A DNA stretch of 64,000 nucleotides from Octopus sinensis (Eukaryota): assembly GCF_006345805.1 (NCBI RefSeq), contig NC_043001.1:87482001-87546000 (forward strand). Direction: 5' to 3'. How positions within the stretch are numbered: the stretch's first letter is position 1; every line of letters begins with the position of its first letter. A model generated the notes under the pieces. The model ran no database searches. It was not told where the DNA came from and saw nothing but the letters and a program-made list of their open reading frames with translations. The translations under genes and the position numbers were made by a program. Of this stretch, positions 48,057 to 61,049 are shown piece after piece.

Positions 48057-49284
48057 CTCTAGGCTGTTACCATATAAATACAAGTCCTCTACTCTCAAGT
48101 CAAGAGTTCTCTTCATTCTAATCATGAATATTCTTCACCTCAGCTTTGTGTCCATTTTACTCCAGTCAGGAGTCCTCTGCCCTCCTGTCAAGCACTTATA
48201 TCCATTGTCAAATACTTGGAGGGTATACTTATGTACTGAGGCTACTTTATATGACATCTCTGGATACAGGGGACACTGTCTCTTCATACATGTCTGTTAA
48301 TCTGGTACCCTTGGAACCTGGGCAGAGCCAAATTATCAAATATTCCTATGTATTGGAATTTTATTTCTTTAAAAACTCCTTTTTATTAAACCAGGTCATT
48401 AAACATTAAATTGTATTTATTCAGCACCTTCAATCTGTTCACTTATCTCCAGATAGATTAAGTTTATGAATGTCATATATTTTAATTTTTCTAAACTACT
48501 CAACAATAAACACACAAATCTCTGCCATGTCCAAATTTTCATGTAATTCCTTGGCATTTTCTATGTCCATTGGCCTTGAAATTGGTATACTCTCAGGTAA
48601 GTTTGTACTAAACCACTTAAATAATACGGCATGTTGTCTTAAACATTTGGATTTCTATCTCATTTTATATTATTCAATCACAGTGTAATTAGGATGACAT
48701 TATCTAATGTATCCTCTCTTTTTTTTTAAAGAAAAGAGAGTCTGATCTGAAACAAATTTGGCTAATATTTCTAGTACTTTAAAGATGATGAAAGACTGAG
48801 ATAATTAATGAGGAAGGAATTACAATCATGTTTCGTGGTCTGCTACCACAACAGCTCCTTTATAGGATCCAGTTAGCTCAAGACATCATCAGGAGAAACC
48901 ATTTCTGGTTTCGGCCCCTACTCCTCTACCGTTTTGACATGGTGGGGCCCCCACTTTCAGAGGTGTCTTCAGCTCTGGTGTTGGGTGCATGTCTTCTTTC
49001 TTCTTCTTTCTTCTGTTCCCTGGCCTCTTCGATGTATCGTCAACAAGTGTCAGCCAGTGACTGACTGACTTGTCAAATTTTTCCCTTTACTATTAATGAC
49101 CTTAGAAGTTTTCTTTTACACATCTGTGGTGAAAATGTTTTTGGAAACTATTTTGAAAAAGAGAAATGAACAAGACAAACAACTTGTGTGCTTGAAGGCT
49201 TTATTGATCATGACTTCCCACAATTATAACAACATTCATTTTTTTCTTGTTTTGCAAAAGATGATGGAAGACGAAGATGATTAA

Positions 49285-49770
49285 TCTTATATTATAAAAG
49301 AGAAGCTAATCTCCATTTGTCTGTCTGTCACAACATCTGTTAGAGGGAGGGAAGTAGGGGAGGAATCAAAAGGAGAGATACCCTCTGTCACAGTGTATAT
49401 TTAGATGAAGGAAGGGAGAAAAAGTTGTTGTTGAGAGAGAAATATAGTGAGAGGGAGAAAGAGAGAGAAAGTGAAAGAAGACAGATAGCTTAATAGATAG
49501 AGAGAGAGGGGGGAGGGAGGGAGAGAGAGAGATGGATCGATCGATCGATGCATGCATGGATGGATGGATGGATGGTTGGTTGGTTGGTTGGTTGGTTGGA
49601 AAGAAGACAGATAGCTTAATAGATAGAGAGAGAGGGGGGAGGGAGGGAGAGAGAGAGATGGATCGATCGATCGATGCATGCATGGATGGATGGATGGATG
49701 GATGGTTGGTTGGTTGGTTGGTTGGTTGGTTGGTTGGTTGGTTGGTTGGTTGGTTGGTTGGCTGGTTGGT

Positions 49771-49801
<31 letters not shown>

Positions 49802-49830
49802 TTGGTTGGTTGGTTGGTTGGTTGGTGTTA
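49285..49830 (+). repeat. Helitron-like 5' end followed by a 126-bp duplicated compound microsatellite
   Basis: TCTTATATTATAAAAG start resembles the minus-strand end at 16872; GAAAGAAGACAGATAG anchor at 49473 and 49599; (GGAT)n/(GGTT)n/(GGCT)n runs. Confidence 0.5.
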
Positions 49831-50119
49831 TCACCATTGTAACTAACAAGTTTTGATTAAAAACGTGAGAATTTTAAGTTTCTCAACACAATGCAACACA
49901 AACTTCAAAAACATGACTATATGTATATTTATAATACATATAGTTATATTATTGGTTGTTTGTAAGTGTGTTTCTGATTGTGTTTCAACATATAGACAAT
50001 GCAATAGAGACTTTAAAAAAATACTTCCACTATAATGACAGGTCATTGTTGAGAGAAATACAGTTTAAAAGAGAGAAGAGAGAATGTGTGTGAAGAAAAG
50101 AATTAAAATTTGTTTCAAG

Positions 50120-50900
50120 ACAAAAAACATGTTGTTGTTGAGCATATTAATGTGATTATTGTAGTTGCCCTCCACCATGTCCTCAAGATGGCTTCAGAAC
50201 TTGGTACATGTGTTCCTCACTATAGCTCTGGGAAGATCTTCAAACACTTCCTTCATCTCGGTCATCAGCTTAGTTTTGGTGTTGCAAACAGAGTGGTTGA
50301 TGTATTTCTTGACTGCACCCCACACATGGGATTACAATCAGTGGAATTAAGAGGATAGAGATCAGGGCTAGTGAAGTAGAAATCCTCTAACAACCAATCC
50401 TAACTTTTTTCCAGTGAAGTCAGATTCTGCTACCATACATATGGCCTTCCAGTAGCAACTCTCTCCAGCCAGGGATTGGCCACAGTCTCCAGGAGCTTAA
50501 CATAACTGTGTGCATTGAACCTAAGGCTCTGTTCAAAGATGTGGAGTTGCATGGCATCATTCTCACTGGGGACACAGTCAAGGGCCATCACAGTTTAGGG
50601 GAACTTAGTTTTCATATGTGGGACATTTCCATGGCATGTCTTACAGTCTCTACAGTGTTCACGAAACAAAGTGCAGCAGTCATGATGTCAGCATTTTGAT
50701 ACCCAGTGCAACTCATTATTATGATATTGGTAACCCTTTTCCAATATTCAGATGGCTTCCAGTCCTCCATGTCAGCTAACTTTTTTTGCACTGCAATTTT
50801 GATCTTTATGCTCTTTTACTGTTCACCAATACATCAAGCTGTTCCTGAAAAAAAGGAAACAATATGTCCTCAAATTCAGCCTGAACACCCTCGGTGTGTG
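50120..50900 (-). mobile_element. Degraded Tc1/mariner (maT-like) transposase relic
   Basis: Minus-strand fragment ...PLNSTDCNPMCGAVKKYINHSVCNTKTKLMTEMKEVF...SHLEDMVEGN, similar to 55096-55437. Confidence 0.6.
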
Positions 50901-51414
50901 TGTGTGTGTGTGTGCACGCGCGTGCGTGCGTGTATTTATTAATCAAACTATTACAAAATTTAATCTATACTTACCATCTCCTGTCTTCAGTGGGAAATGT
51001 GTCTAGCTATGGGAAAATATTACCTTGCTTGGAAACAGGTGAAGTTTGGTAACAGGATGGGCATCCAGCCATAGAAAATCTACCTTAACAAACTCCATCT
51101 GGCATATGCAAGCATGGAAAAGTGGATGTTAAATGCTGATGAAATGAAACAGATGAGAAATAAAACACTTTGAGTGGGGGCTTATCTCAAGAATTGAACT
51201 CAAAGTCCATATTATAATCTAAGAAAATATTTGTCAGCTCTGTTACACTAACAATAGAGAGTTATACCTACAGTGAAGCAAACTGAGCTATTTCAGGGCT
51301 GAAAACTTCAACTTGAGACACAGTAGTAGTGACAGGATATGAACCACCAACTTTTTGGTTGATTATTTGGTATCCTACCTATTTAATCATATGTACTTCA
51401 TTTTAAAATAATAA

Positions 51415-52435
51415 TGATGTCAAATTCTGGCACAAGGCCAGCAATTTCTGGGGAGCTGGTAAGTTGATTATAGTGACTTAACTGGTATAAATTTTATCAA
51501 CCCTGAAAGGATGTAAGGCAAAGTAAACCTCAGCAGAATTTGAACTCAGAACGTAAAGACAGACAAAATGCCACCAAGCATTTTGCCCAGTGTGCTAATG
51601 ATTCTACTAAATGATTATTATTGAGCAGGCAGAATCATTAGCATGCCAGACAAAATGTTTAGTGACAGTTCTTCTAGTTTTACACTGAATTCAAACTCTG
51701 TTGAGGTCGACTTTGCCTTTCAACCTTTCAATCCTCATTTAACAACCATTTTCCATGCTGGTATGGGTTGGTCGATTTGACAAGAACTTGAAAGTCAGAA
51801 GACAACACCCAGAAGATAGAAAACTTCACTTCACTTGTTTAATTATGCTTATTTACAACTAATACATGTCTAGACAAGGGGTCATACAATGCACACACTA
51901 TATGTGTGTGTGTGAGTGTGACAGGCTTCTTTCAGTTTCCTTGTACCAAATCCATTCACACGGTTTTAGCTGGCCTGGGTTTAGCTGTGAGTCCACTGCT
52001 CTAACCACTAGACTATGTGCCTCCACCTATTCTGTAATACTGATTTCAAATTTTGGCACAAATCTAGCAATTTTAAGGAAGAGGTTAAGTTGACTACAAT
52101 GACCCCAGTGCTCAACTAGTACTTATTTTATTGACCCCCAAAAAATATGAAAGGCAAAAAAAAATATGAATTTGAACCCAGAATGTAAAAATAGACAAAA
52201 TACTGCAGAGCATTTTGTCCTGCATGCTAACAATTTTGCCAACTCACAGCCTTGCTCTATTCAGTAATATTGGTTTCAAATTTTAGGACAAGGCTAACAA
52301 GCTCAAGGTTAGTCAATTCATGAAGGGATGAAAGGTAAAGTTGAATTCGGTAGAATTTAAACCCAGAATGTAAAGACAGATAAAATGCCACTAAGCATTT
52401 TGCTAAGTATGCTAATGATTCTGTCAGCTCACTGT
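51415..52435. mobile_element. Cluster of family-2 SINE fragments
   Basis: Repeated aaattttggcacaaggccagc...gaatttgaactcagaacgtaaagac...gctaacgattctg units. Confidence 0.7.
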
Positions 52436-52505
52436 CTTCTCTATTTCATGATACTGAAAGGGAAAGTAAATTATTCCAACACAATCACTGTGTGTGTATA
52501 CATGT

Positions 52506-52990
52506 ATTAAGTTGGTAAGTCCTATTGCATTTTGGACATGATCACTCTGAGGGCACGTTTTCAATACTTAAGGTAAAATAAGCATTAATTTTTACATTGT
52601 AATATCTTTTCTTCACATAGTATTTGATACCATAGTGGTTAAAATGGCATCAATTTTGTCATGTTAAAATAAATTTAAATCAGACCCATATCAAACACTG
52701 CATGCTGGATGAATTTAAAAAGGGCTCTTCAGCAATGGAAGCAGCATGAAATATTTGTTGTCTATGGAAATGAAGCTTTAAGTCTCAGGACATGTCAACA
52801 ATGGTTTGATCAGTTTTGTTCAGGAAATTTTTCTCTCATAGATTTCTTCTGATCCAAATGACCAAGTTCTGTCAATATTGAGCTTCTGAAAATGGTAGGT
52901 GAGGAAAATCCAAAGCAAACTGCAAAAGAATAAGTTAAAAACAGTTCAAGTCACACTTCATGAATAATGAAAAGTGTCTAAATTAGGTTC
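52506..52990 (+). mobile_element. Mariner 5' fragment
   Basis: HIKHCMLDEFKKGSSAMEAA...NEALSLRTCQQWFDQFCSGNFSL, an N-terminal helix-turn-helix region with stops. Confidence 0.7.
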
Positions 52991-53305
52991 ATGAGTCCTT
53001 TAATTGTTAATTAACAAAGTTAAAATTTTCATTAACAATTTGGCTTTTATGTTAACTTTGAAAACCATTATTGGACTAATTAACTTCTGTTACATTTAGC
53101 TTCTGTTAACCCAAAAATTTCATAAGAACCAGTAAACGTTTAAAAGTTTTTATTGTTTTCAGATTGTCTTAGCATATTTAATATTGTACACATCATTCTT
53201 CCTACCCCAATATAACACCACTTATTATTATAAATAACTTGTAGGACCTTGTTTGGCCCTGCCTGGCGTTGACCAACTCCAAAGATCTACTGATAGAGTG
53301 AGCAA

Positions 53306-53494
53306 GTGTTGATGGACTTGTTTATCAAGTTCAACATAGTCATCTCTTCCATTGCTGCAGTTGAACGTTTATTTTCCACGAGCAAGGACATCTTGGGTGC
53401 CAAGAGGTCATCCGTGTCTGATGAAAATTTTAGTATGTTAATTTTTATGAAGGGCATTGTGAATCTTAACAAAATGGAGAAGCGGAAAAATTAA
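53306..53494 (+). pseudogene. hAT transposase C-terminal dimerisation-domain relic
   Basis: SSIAAVERLFSTSKDILGAKRSSVSDENFSMLIFMKG; followed by subterminal repeats to about 53815. Confidence 0.75.
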
Positions 53495-54975
53495 ATTATG
53501 TATATATTGTGTTTTTCATTTTTTTTACAGCTACTTTATCAATAAACTTTTTTAGTTTAATACTAATATTGTGTTTCATTTGAGTTTTTTTTTTTTACCT
53601 TTTTCTGGCACCAAAAGCCTTTAAAAACCTAAAAAACCTAAAAGGGCCAAAACTATGAAATCAGCCTTTTTTTAGGCCCTTTAAAATTTAAAATTATAAA
53701 ATCAGCACTTTTAAATGCTAAAGTAAAAAATAAAAAAAAAACTATAGTTTTTGGGTTCTAAAGCCCTCAAAATGGCCAAAAATGCTGATTTTATAGTTTT
53801 GGCATTTTTCAACCCTTTAGTGTTTAAACTGGCCAAAACCCATTGGATCTAATTCCTCTATGAAATTTTTTAAAAAATAATCAAATCACATTAGTGAATT
53901 CTTGTAGCTTTGAGATAATGTGTGAGCTTTTCTTCCAGAAAGCACAAAGCTGGGAGAAAAGCAAAATTAACTGAGGTGGATGTCAACAGAGAAAGTGGAA
54001 AAAAATAAATGGAAGGAAAACAAGTTGATAAATATTTTGGTGTGAATGTAAATAGCTGTTACATGGTAGCAGGCCATGCTAGAAATAGTAGCCAAATTTT
54101 TCCTTTTCTGGAAAGAGGAGCCATTTATGCATGATTTTGATGTTACATTCATTCAAAGCAAGCAAAATAGCCTGGAAAAGAAAAAAAAAAGACCCGCAAA
54201 ACAAAACTCCTTTGGTGGGAAACTTCGAGGTCTCCACCACACCTCCAACATTTTTTCTGGAAAAAAGTGGCTACCAGTGGGTTTGGAGGCCAGATACGTT
54301 GAATGCACCGGAAAAGAAACCAGTGGAAAAAATTATTCCACACCAAGGTACAAAATATTTACCAAAAGAACAAAATCTTGTACTGATTATACCTGTATTT
54401 TAATTAATTCAAATTAATGTACCTCATTTTGAAAAGTGGCAACATTTTTGTCAGTTGCTATCTTGGATAATTTTAGTAACTAATCAAACGGGTAAGATGT
54501 ATTAAGAACGAAAAAAATAAATTTTCCAGATTTTTTCTTTTTTTTTTCATGAAAATATGCCTCCCATTATTCTGAAGACTTTGGAGAAAAACATTAGAAA
54601 ATGTCTCAGTCAAAATGGAGAAATTCCAACTTTTGTGGGCTGTTTGATCCAAAATTCCCCCCACCACTTCCAAAAATTTTGTCTGCAAATTTCTTTGTAA
54701 TTATAATCTACACTGTTTGAAAGGTATTTGTATAAAATTTCATTAAAAATACCTATTTTCCAGGAAGTCATGAGGGGGAAAATGTTGGGTCCTGTGAATT
54801 TTCCAAAATTCCTCTCTCCAACCCCTCAGAAAATTTTTTCCAACAAATCTTTACATACACTCAAAGAATTAACAGATTAACGAAGTTGATTTTCTAGTGA
54901 ACAGATTAATGATGTTAACTTTTCGGTTAATGGTGCCCTCTTCTGTGTATATATATAAATATATGTATGTATATA

Positions 54976-56228
54976 CAGGGTGCAGTGAATAAAATGTCTA
55001 AATTACGCAAAAATGAAAATAACACTGACATCTCATTTTAACAGATATATTTACCAAAATTGCATAAAAATATCTTGAGATACTAAAGGGTAAATCTATT
55101 CAATAAAATCGCCATTGGCTTCAACCACGGCATCCAGACGACTTTGGAATCTCCTGCAACTCTTCTGGACGGTCTCCTTGTTTAAGTTGATAAATGCTGC
55201 CATAATCTTTACCTTCAGTTTATCTTTGGTGTCACAAGGAGTTTTTTTGGTCTCTTGCTCAACTGTGACCCACACATAATAATCAAGGGAGTTAGGTGGC
55301 TGGATGTTAGGGGTGATGTGGTTGCAGAAATTGTCTGACAGCCATGACTGGGTTCTCCTGCTTGTGTGGCATGATGCAGAGCCCTGTTGCCAGACACAGG
55401 GTCTTCCAGCAACCATCCTCTTGATCCAAGGCAGCATTATCTTCTCCAGGCACTTGAGGCCATATGGGAAGATGAATGGAAGCGTAACATCGCATCACAA
55501 ATGATCACTCCAAACACCATGATGTTGACTGGATGTTTGATTTCTATCATTCTCAGTACCTGTTTTGGGGACACAGCAAGCCAACAGTTGTTCTGTATCC
55601 ACCATCTGATCCTGGCAGAAATTGTTCTCGTTTGAGAAAAACCAAAGCATATTCAGTTGGAAGGGATGCTTGAGTTTATTCAAAAGCTTCATAGCATGGT
55701 CTTTCCTCTTGTCCTTGATGGCTTGGGATAAAAATTGGCCCTTTCTCAACTTGTATGAGGAATACTGAATGTCTTCATGCATTACCTGCCTGATAAGAAA
55801 CTGACACTCCTATGTCCCTGGTGATGGACCTGATTGATTTGGAGGGATTGTTGTCAATCATGGCCTGGATCTTGCCAACAAATTCAGGTGTTCTTTTCTT
55901 TTCAGAATGATCAGAATAAGTTTTCCAAGCTGCTGTACCTTTGTAATCACCATTAGACTCATCCAACTCTTTCTGAATCCTGTGCGCTGCCCTCAGATTG
56001 ACATCCAAACACACTGAAATGTTCACATTGGAGCTTCTGGCACAAATGTCAAGCAGTACAGCATGTTCTTTCCAAATTTCTGGCAGAGTGAATTGTGTTA
56101 TGGTGCTGTTTTTCTCACAGACGATGCCCAACTGACCCTACTATACTGTGTAATCAACAAAATCAAAAACAACGCACATGCACGAAATCAAAAATATAAA
56201 ACAGTGACAATTTAACCATCACACCCTG
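54976..56228 (-). mobile_element. Full-length degraded Tc1/mariner element, probably maT (DD37D)-like
   Basis: TA-flanked, imperfect CAGGGTG... TIRs. Fragments KLRKGQFLS, LWFFSNE..FCQDQ, LPWIKR...WQQGSASCH...PPNSLDYYVW. Confidence 0.85.
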
Positions 56229-57029
56229 TATATATATATTGTCAGTGTATCATATATCTGAAAAAGAAGCACAGTCTAGAGCAGGGGTGTGGAAACCCCC
56301 GCCCGTGGGCACAATTGCATCAGCGAGCCCATTTTATTGTGCCCGCAGGCTGGTATACTTATATGGACAAAATATAGTAAATTTTTCAATTATAAAATTT
56401 ATACAATATTCGTATGCCTATTTGCAACATAGGTCATGTTTCTACTATGACTTAAAACAATTAGACACGAACAGAAAATTGTCCTGTTATTTCCATTTGA
56501 ATGGAAATTTTGTTATCACTATAAAACACATATTGCTAGGTTTGTACCACCCCCTTGAGACCCAACTACACTCTAGCTGAAAAATATAGAATACCTCATA
56601 TAAACGTCCTAAATTCAGTGGTGGTGTTAATGAAGATGTCACACATTAATTTAATGTCTTAAACTTAACTTTATTAATGTATCTCAAATTATACATAGAT
56701 ATATACAAGATTTACACAGATATAAGAGTTGGCCTTGGACTATAAAAGACACTTGCTCAAAACCATGGGGATGCAAGGCAAGCTTCTTAACCACATAGCT
56801 TTGCCTTCAGAGAAACTGAATCTCTCAGAAGTATCTGAGTTAAGTCCAGTTTAAATAATTTTAACTAAATGAAAGGAAGTCCTTCTTGGAGTAGAAAACC
56901 AATCTATCCAGTTTATTACATGTAATATTTACTGAAGACTTAGTACTTATTTCTGATAGCTAGGTGAACTGAAGTAATGTAAAATGAAACATCCAGTTTT
57001 AATACTCAATGAGAAATAAAAAATCAACA

Positions 57030-57406
57030 AGGCGCAGGAGTGACTGTGTGGTAAGTAGCTTGCTTACCAACCACATGGTTTCGGGTTTAGCGCGGCACCT
57101 TGGGCAAGAGTCTTCTACTATAGCCTTTTGCTGACCAAAGCTTTGTGAGTGGATTTGGTCAACAGAAACTGAAAGAAGCCTGTCATATATATGTATATAT
57201 GTGTGTGTACGTTTGTGTTGTCCCCCCAACACTGCTTGACAACCAATGGTGGTGTGTTTACATCCCTGTAACTTAGTGGTTCGACAAAAGAGACCAATAG
57301 AATAAGTACTAGGCTTACAAAGAATAAGTCCTGGGGTTGATTTGCTCGACTAAAGGCGGTGCTCCAGCATGGCCGCAGTCAAATGACTGAAACAAGTAAA
57401 AGAGTA
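57030..57406 (+). mobile_element. Full-length tRNA-derived SINE (family 1)
   Basis: aggcgcaggagtgactgtgtggtaag head with A/B-box-like motifs; 3' end gactgaaacaagtaaaagagta. Many partial copies in the window. Confidence 0.9.
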
Positions 57407-57685
57407 ATAGTTTTCCACTTGTAAACTATGAACTGATAGTCATACAACTTAACCACCTAGCCACTGCACTATCTGTTAAAACTTTTGTTATCATATTCCT
57501 GTTGAAATACATGGCTTTAATTTGAATTTACTTTGAAAATAATGACAAATTTAGTAAAATAACTCTGTTGATATTAATTCTTTAACATTTAAACCAGTCA
57601 CATCAGGCTAAAATATTCTACTTGTTCAAAGCAACCAGATCTAGCTTCTCATGTCTACCCTACAATGTCATTCTAAAAATAAACA

Positions 57686-60600
57686 ATCTTCTGGCAAGGT
57701 AACATGGAAGGTGTAGGGGGTGTAGGCATTCTCCTTGCGGAGAAATGGGTGGATGAGGTCATAGAGGTTGTCAGGGTTTGCGACAGAGTGCTTAAGCTCA
57801 GGTTGGTCCTACAGAGTGGCACAGCTATGATTATCTCCGCCTATGCCCCACAAGCGGGACTACCAAATGATCAGAAGGACAACTTTTATGATAACCTTCT
57901 GCAGGCTACTTCAAAGACTAGTAGCAAGGACCTCATCTTTGTAGGTGGAGACTTTAATGGGCATGTTGGGCGGGAATCGGGTATCTTCACTGGGGTACAT
58001 GGTGGCTATGGTATTGGCACCAGAAATGATGAGGGAACTAGACTGCTGGAATTCTGTGATGCATGTAACCTTTCAATCTGCAACACTAACTTCAAGAAGC
58101 CAGTCTGCCACCTTATAACCTATCAATCAGGAGACTCTGCTAGCCAAATAGACTTCATCCTCACCAGACAGCGGGATGCAGGGTTGCTCTTGAATACAAA
58201 GACCCTCCCGGGTGAAGAATGTATCCCTCAGCATAGACTAATCATCAGTGACTTTAAGCTTGAGGCCAGAAGGACTCCAAGAAACAAACCAATCCAGAAA
58301 AGAAGGATTGGAGGCTAAAGAACCCTTCACATGGTCAGAAATTTAGGGACATACTCATCAAGAAATTTGATGAGAGGGAGGAGGAGCTTCAGACGTCAGA
58401 CATAGAAGGTAGCTGGGAATTCCTACGGGACAGCTTGCTGAGTGCCACAGACCGAGTCTGTGGATGGTGCAAAGTCCCTTCCAGACCTAGAATTACGTGG
58501 TGGTGGAATAGTGCAGTAGATAAAGCCATCTGTAAAAAGAGACGGGCCTGGAAAGCCTGGAAGGATGGGGGCAGCAGGGAACTGTACCAGATAGCCAAAA
58601 GGGAGGCTGGGCGGCAGGTATACATAGCCAAAGACGTAGCAGAAAAGAAGAAGTTTGCCAATGTCCAGCGACGCGAGGATCAAAGAGCTGAAGTATTTCG
58701 GATTGCCAGACAGTGTGTCAGAGAAAATAGTGATGTTATAGGAGAGAAATGTGTCCGCATGGATGATGGGGCACTTGCATTTACTGCTAGTGAAAAGAAA
58801 GAGGCTTGGAGAAGCCATTATGAAAGACTGCTGAATGAGGAGAATGAATGGGAGGAGGAGAGCCTGCCAAATGTTGACCCAGTAGAGGGACCAGCTACCC
58901 GAATAGACAGCTCCCTTGTAGATAAGGCAATTAAGGATATGAAACCAGGCAAAGCTCCTGGCCTATCAGGAATCACTGCTGAGATGCTTAAAACAGCTGG
59001 CTATGTGGGCTATACCATAGTCACCCGCATTGTAAACCAGGTAGTTCACAATGGAGTCATACCCAATGACTGGTGCAGCAGCACCATAGTCAACTGCTAC
59101 AAGGGTAAGGGTGATGCTCTAGATAGAAATAACTACAGAGGTATCAAACTGTTGGACCAGGTGATGAAGGTCTCAGAGAAGGTCATAACCCATCTCATTA
59201 GGGAGAGAATTTGTTTAGATGAAATGCAGTTCGGTTTTGTACTAGGTAGAAGCACCACTGATGCTATATTCCTGGTCCAACAACTGCAGGAGAAGTACCT
59301 AGCTAAAGATAAACCCCTCTACATAGCTTTTGTAGACTTGGAGAAAGCCTTTGACAGGGTTCCCCGTTCCCTCATCTGGTGGTCGATGCAGAAACTGGAG
59401 ATTGAAGAATGGCTAATAAGGGCTGTACAGGCTCTATACAGAGAGGCTGTCAGCAAGGTTAGGATTGGCAACGAATATAGTGAAGAATTCCGGGTAGAAG
59501 TAGGTGTGCACCAGGGCTCAGCCCTCAGTCCCCTTTTATTCATCATAGTCCTTCAGGCAATAACAGAGGAATTCAAAACGGGATGCCCCTGGGAGCTCCT
59601 CTATGCCGATGACCTAGCTCTCATAGCAGAATCACTACCGGAACTAGAAGAGAAATTTCGGGTGTGGAAGCAAGGGTTGGAATCAAAAGGCCTTAGAATA
59701 AATGTAGCAAAGACCAAAGTATTAGTAAGCAGCAAGAGGTACTCAGCACACACCCCCTCGGGTAGGTGGCCCTGCTCAATCTGTAGGAAAGGTACAGGTA
59801 GAAACTCCATAAGATGCACCCAATGTAAGTTATGGACACATAAGAGATGCAGCAACATTAAAGGGAAATTAACAGATAAGATAGCTTTCATGTGTGGCAG
59901 ATGCACAGGGACAATAGACACAACAGACACTCAGAAAACAGATTCTATCACACTCCAGAGAGAGAAACTAGAAGTAGTTGATAGTTTCCGCTACCTGGGT
60001 GACCAAGTTAGTAGCGGAGGTGGATGCACAGAGAGTATCACCACTAGAATACGAATAGCCTGGGCAAAGTTCAGAAAGCTCCTACCCCTACTGGCAACAA
60101 AAGGTCTCTCCCTCAGAGCGAAAGGTAGATTGTATGATGCATGTGTGCGAACTGCCATGCTTCATGGTAATGAAACATGGGCAGTGACTGCAGAGGACAT
60201 GCGTAGACTTGAAAGAAATGAAGCTAGCATGATCCGCTGGATGTGTAGTGTCAGTGTGCACGCAAGACAGAGTGTAAGCATCCTAAGAGAAATGCTGGAT
60301 ATAAGAAGCATCAGATGTGGTGTGCAAGAGCGACGCTTGCGATGGTATGGTCATGTGCTGCGGATGGATGAAGAGAGATGTGTGAAGAAGTGCCACTCCC
60401 AAACAGTTGAAGGTATCAGGGGGAGAGGTAGACCCAGGAAGACATGGGATGAGGTAGTCAAGCATGACCTCAGAGCATTGGGCCTCACTGAGGCAATGGC
60501 GAAAGACCGAGATCTCTGGAGATATGCTGTGACTGCAAAGACCCGGGCTGCTTTCTGCAGCAATTCCACATACCCCCTACCCATTCAAAGTACCCCGGAT

Positions 60601-60894
60601 CCCCAAAGTACCCCAGATCCCCAAAGTACCCCGGACCCAGTTGCCCCCGTGCCGCTGGCACGTTAAACGCTCGAACCGATCGCGACCAATGCCGGACCCC
60701 CCGGCCCCTGTGCAGGTGGCACGTAAAAAGCACCCAATCCACTCACGGAGTGGTTGGCGTTAGGAAGGGCATCCAGCCGTAGAAACTCTGCCAAATCAGA
60801 CTGGAGCCTGGAGCTTCCAAGACCCCGGTCAAACCGTCCAACCCGTGCTAGCGCGGAAAACGGACGTTAAACGATGATGATTATGATGATGATG
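57686..60894 (+). mobile_element. Young RTE-clade LINE, slightly 5'-truncated, with (GAT)n tail
   Basis: APE + RT + 3' UTR; tail at about 60873-60894. Confidence 0.95.
57704..60666 (+). CDS. RTE APE-RT polyprotein with one -1 frameshift (about 58308) and a PHD-like finger
   Basis: GGDFNGH, SQIDFIL; NYRGIKLL, FVDLEKAFDRV, VHQGSALSP, LYADD, FRYLG. Frame 2 is open to ATT at 58309 and frame 1 is open from TGG at 58309 to 60666. Confidence 0.9.
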
Positions 60895-61049
60895 ACATCA
60901 TTGAAATCTATGAAGATATGAGATAATGCATGAATAGTCCAAAGCAATGTAAGTAAATAGGCATTAAATGTGATGGATTAATTGGAACACTAAAAGGCTA
61001 ACTGGGGTTTTGAAACATAAATTAACATGAAATTTTGATGTAAAATTGC

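Noticed and set aside
49366-49856. ORFs such as WLVGWLVG and TNQPTNQP
   Set aside because: Translations of tetranucleotide microsatellites.
56282-56557. Possible second hAT MITE starting CAGGGGTGTGG after GTCTAGAG
   Set aside because: The right TIR is too degenerate and no matching TSD was found.
57030-57110. tRNA-like A/B boxes
   Set aside because: These are SINE heads; no complete cloverleaf, so no tRNA gene is called.
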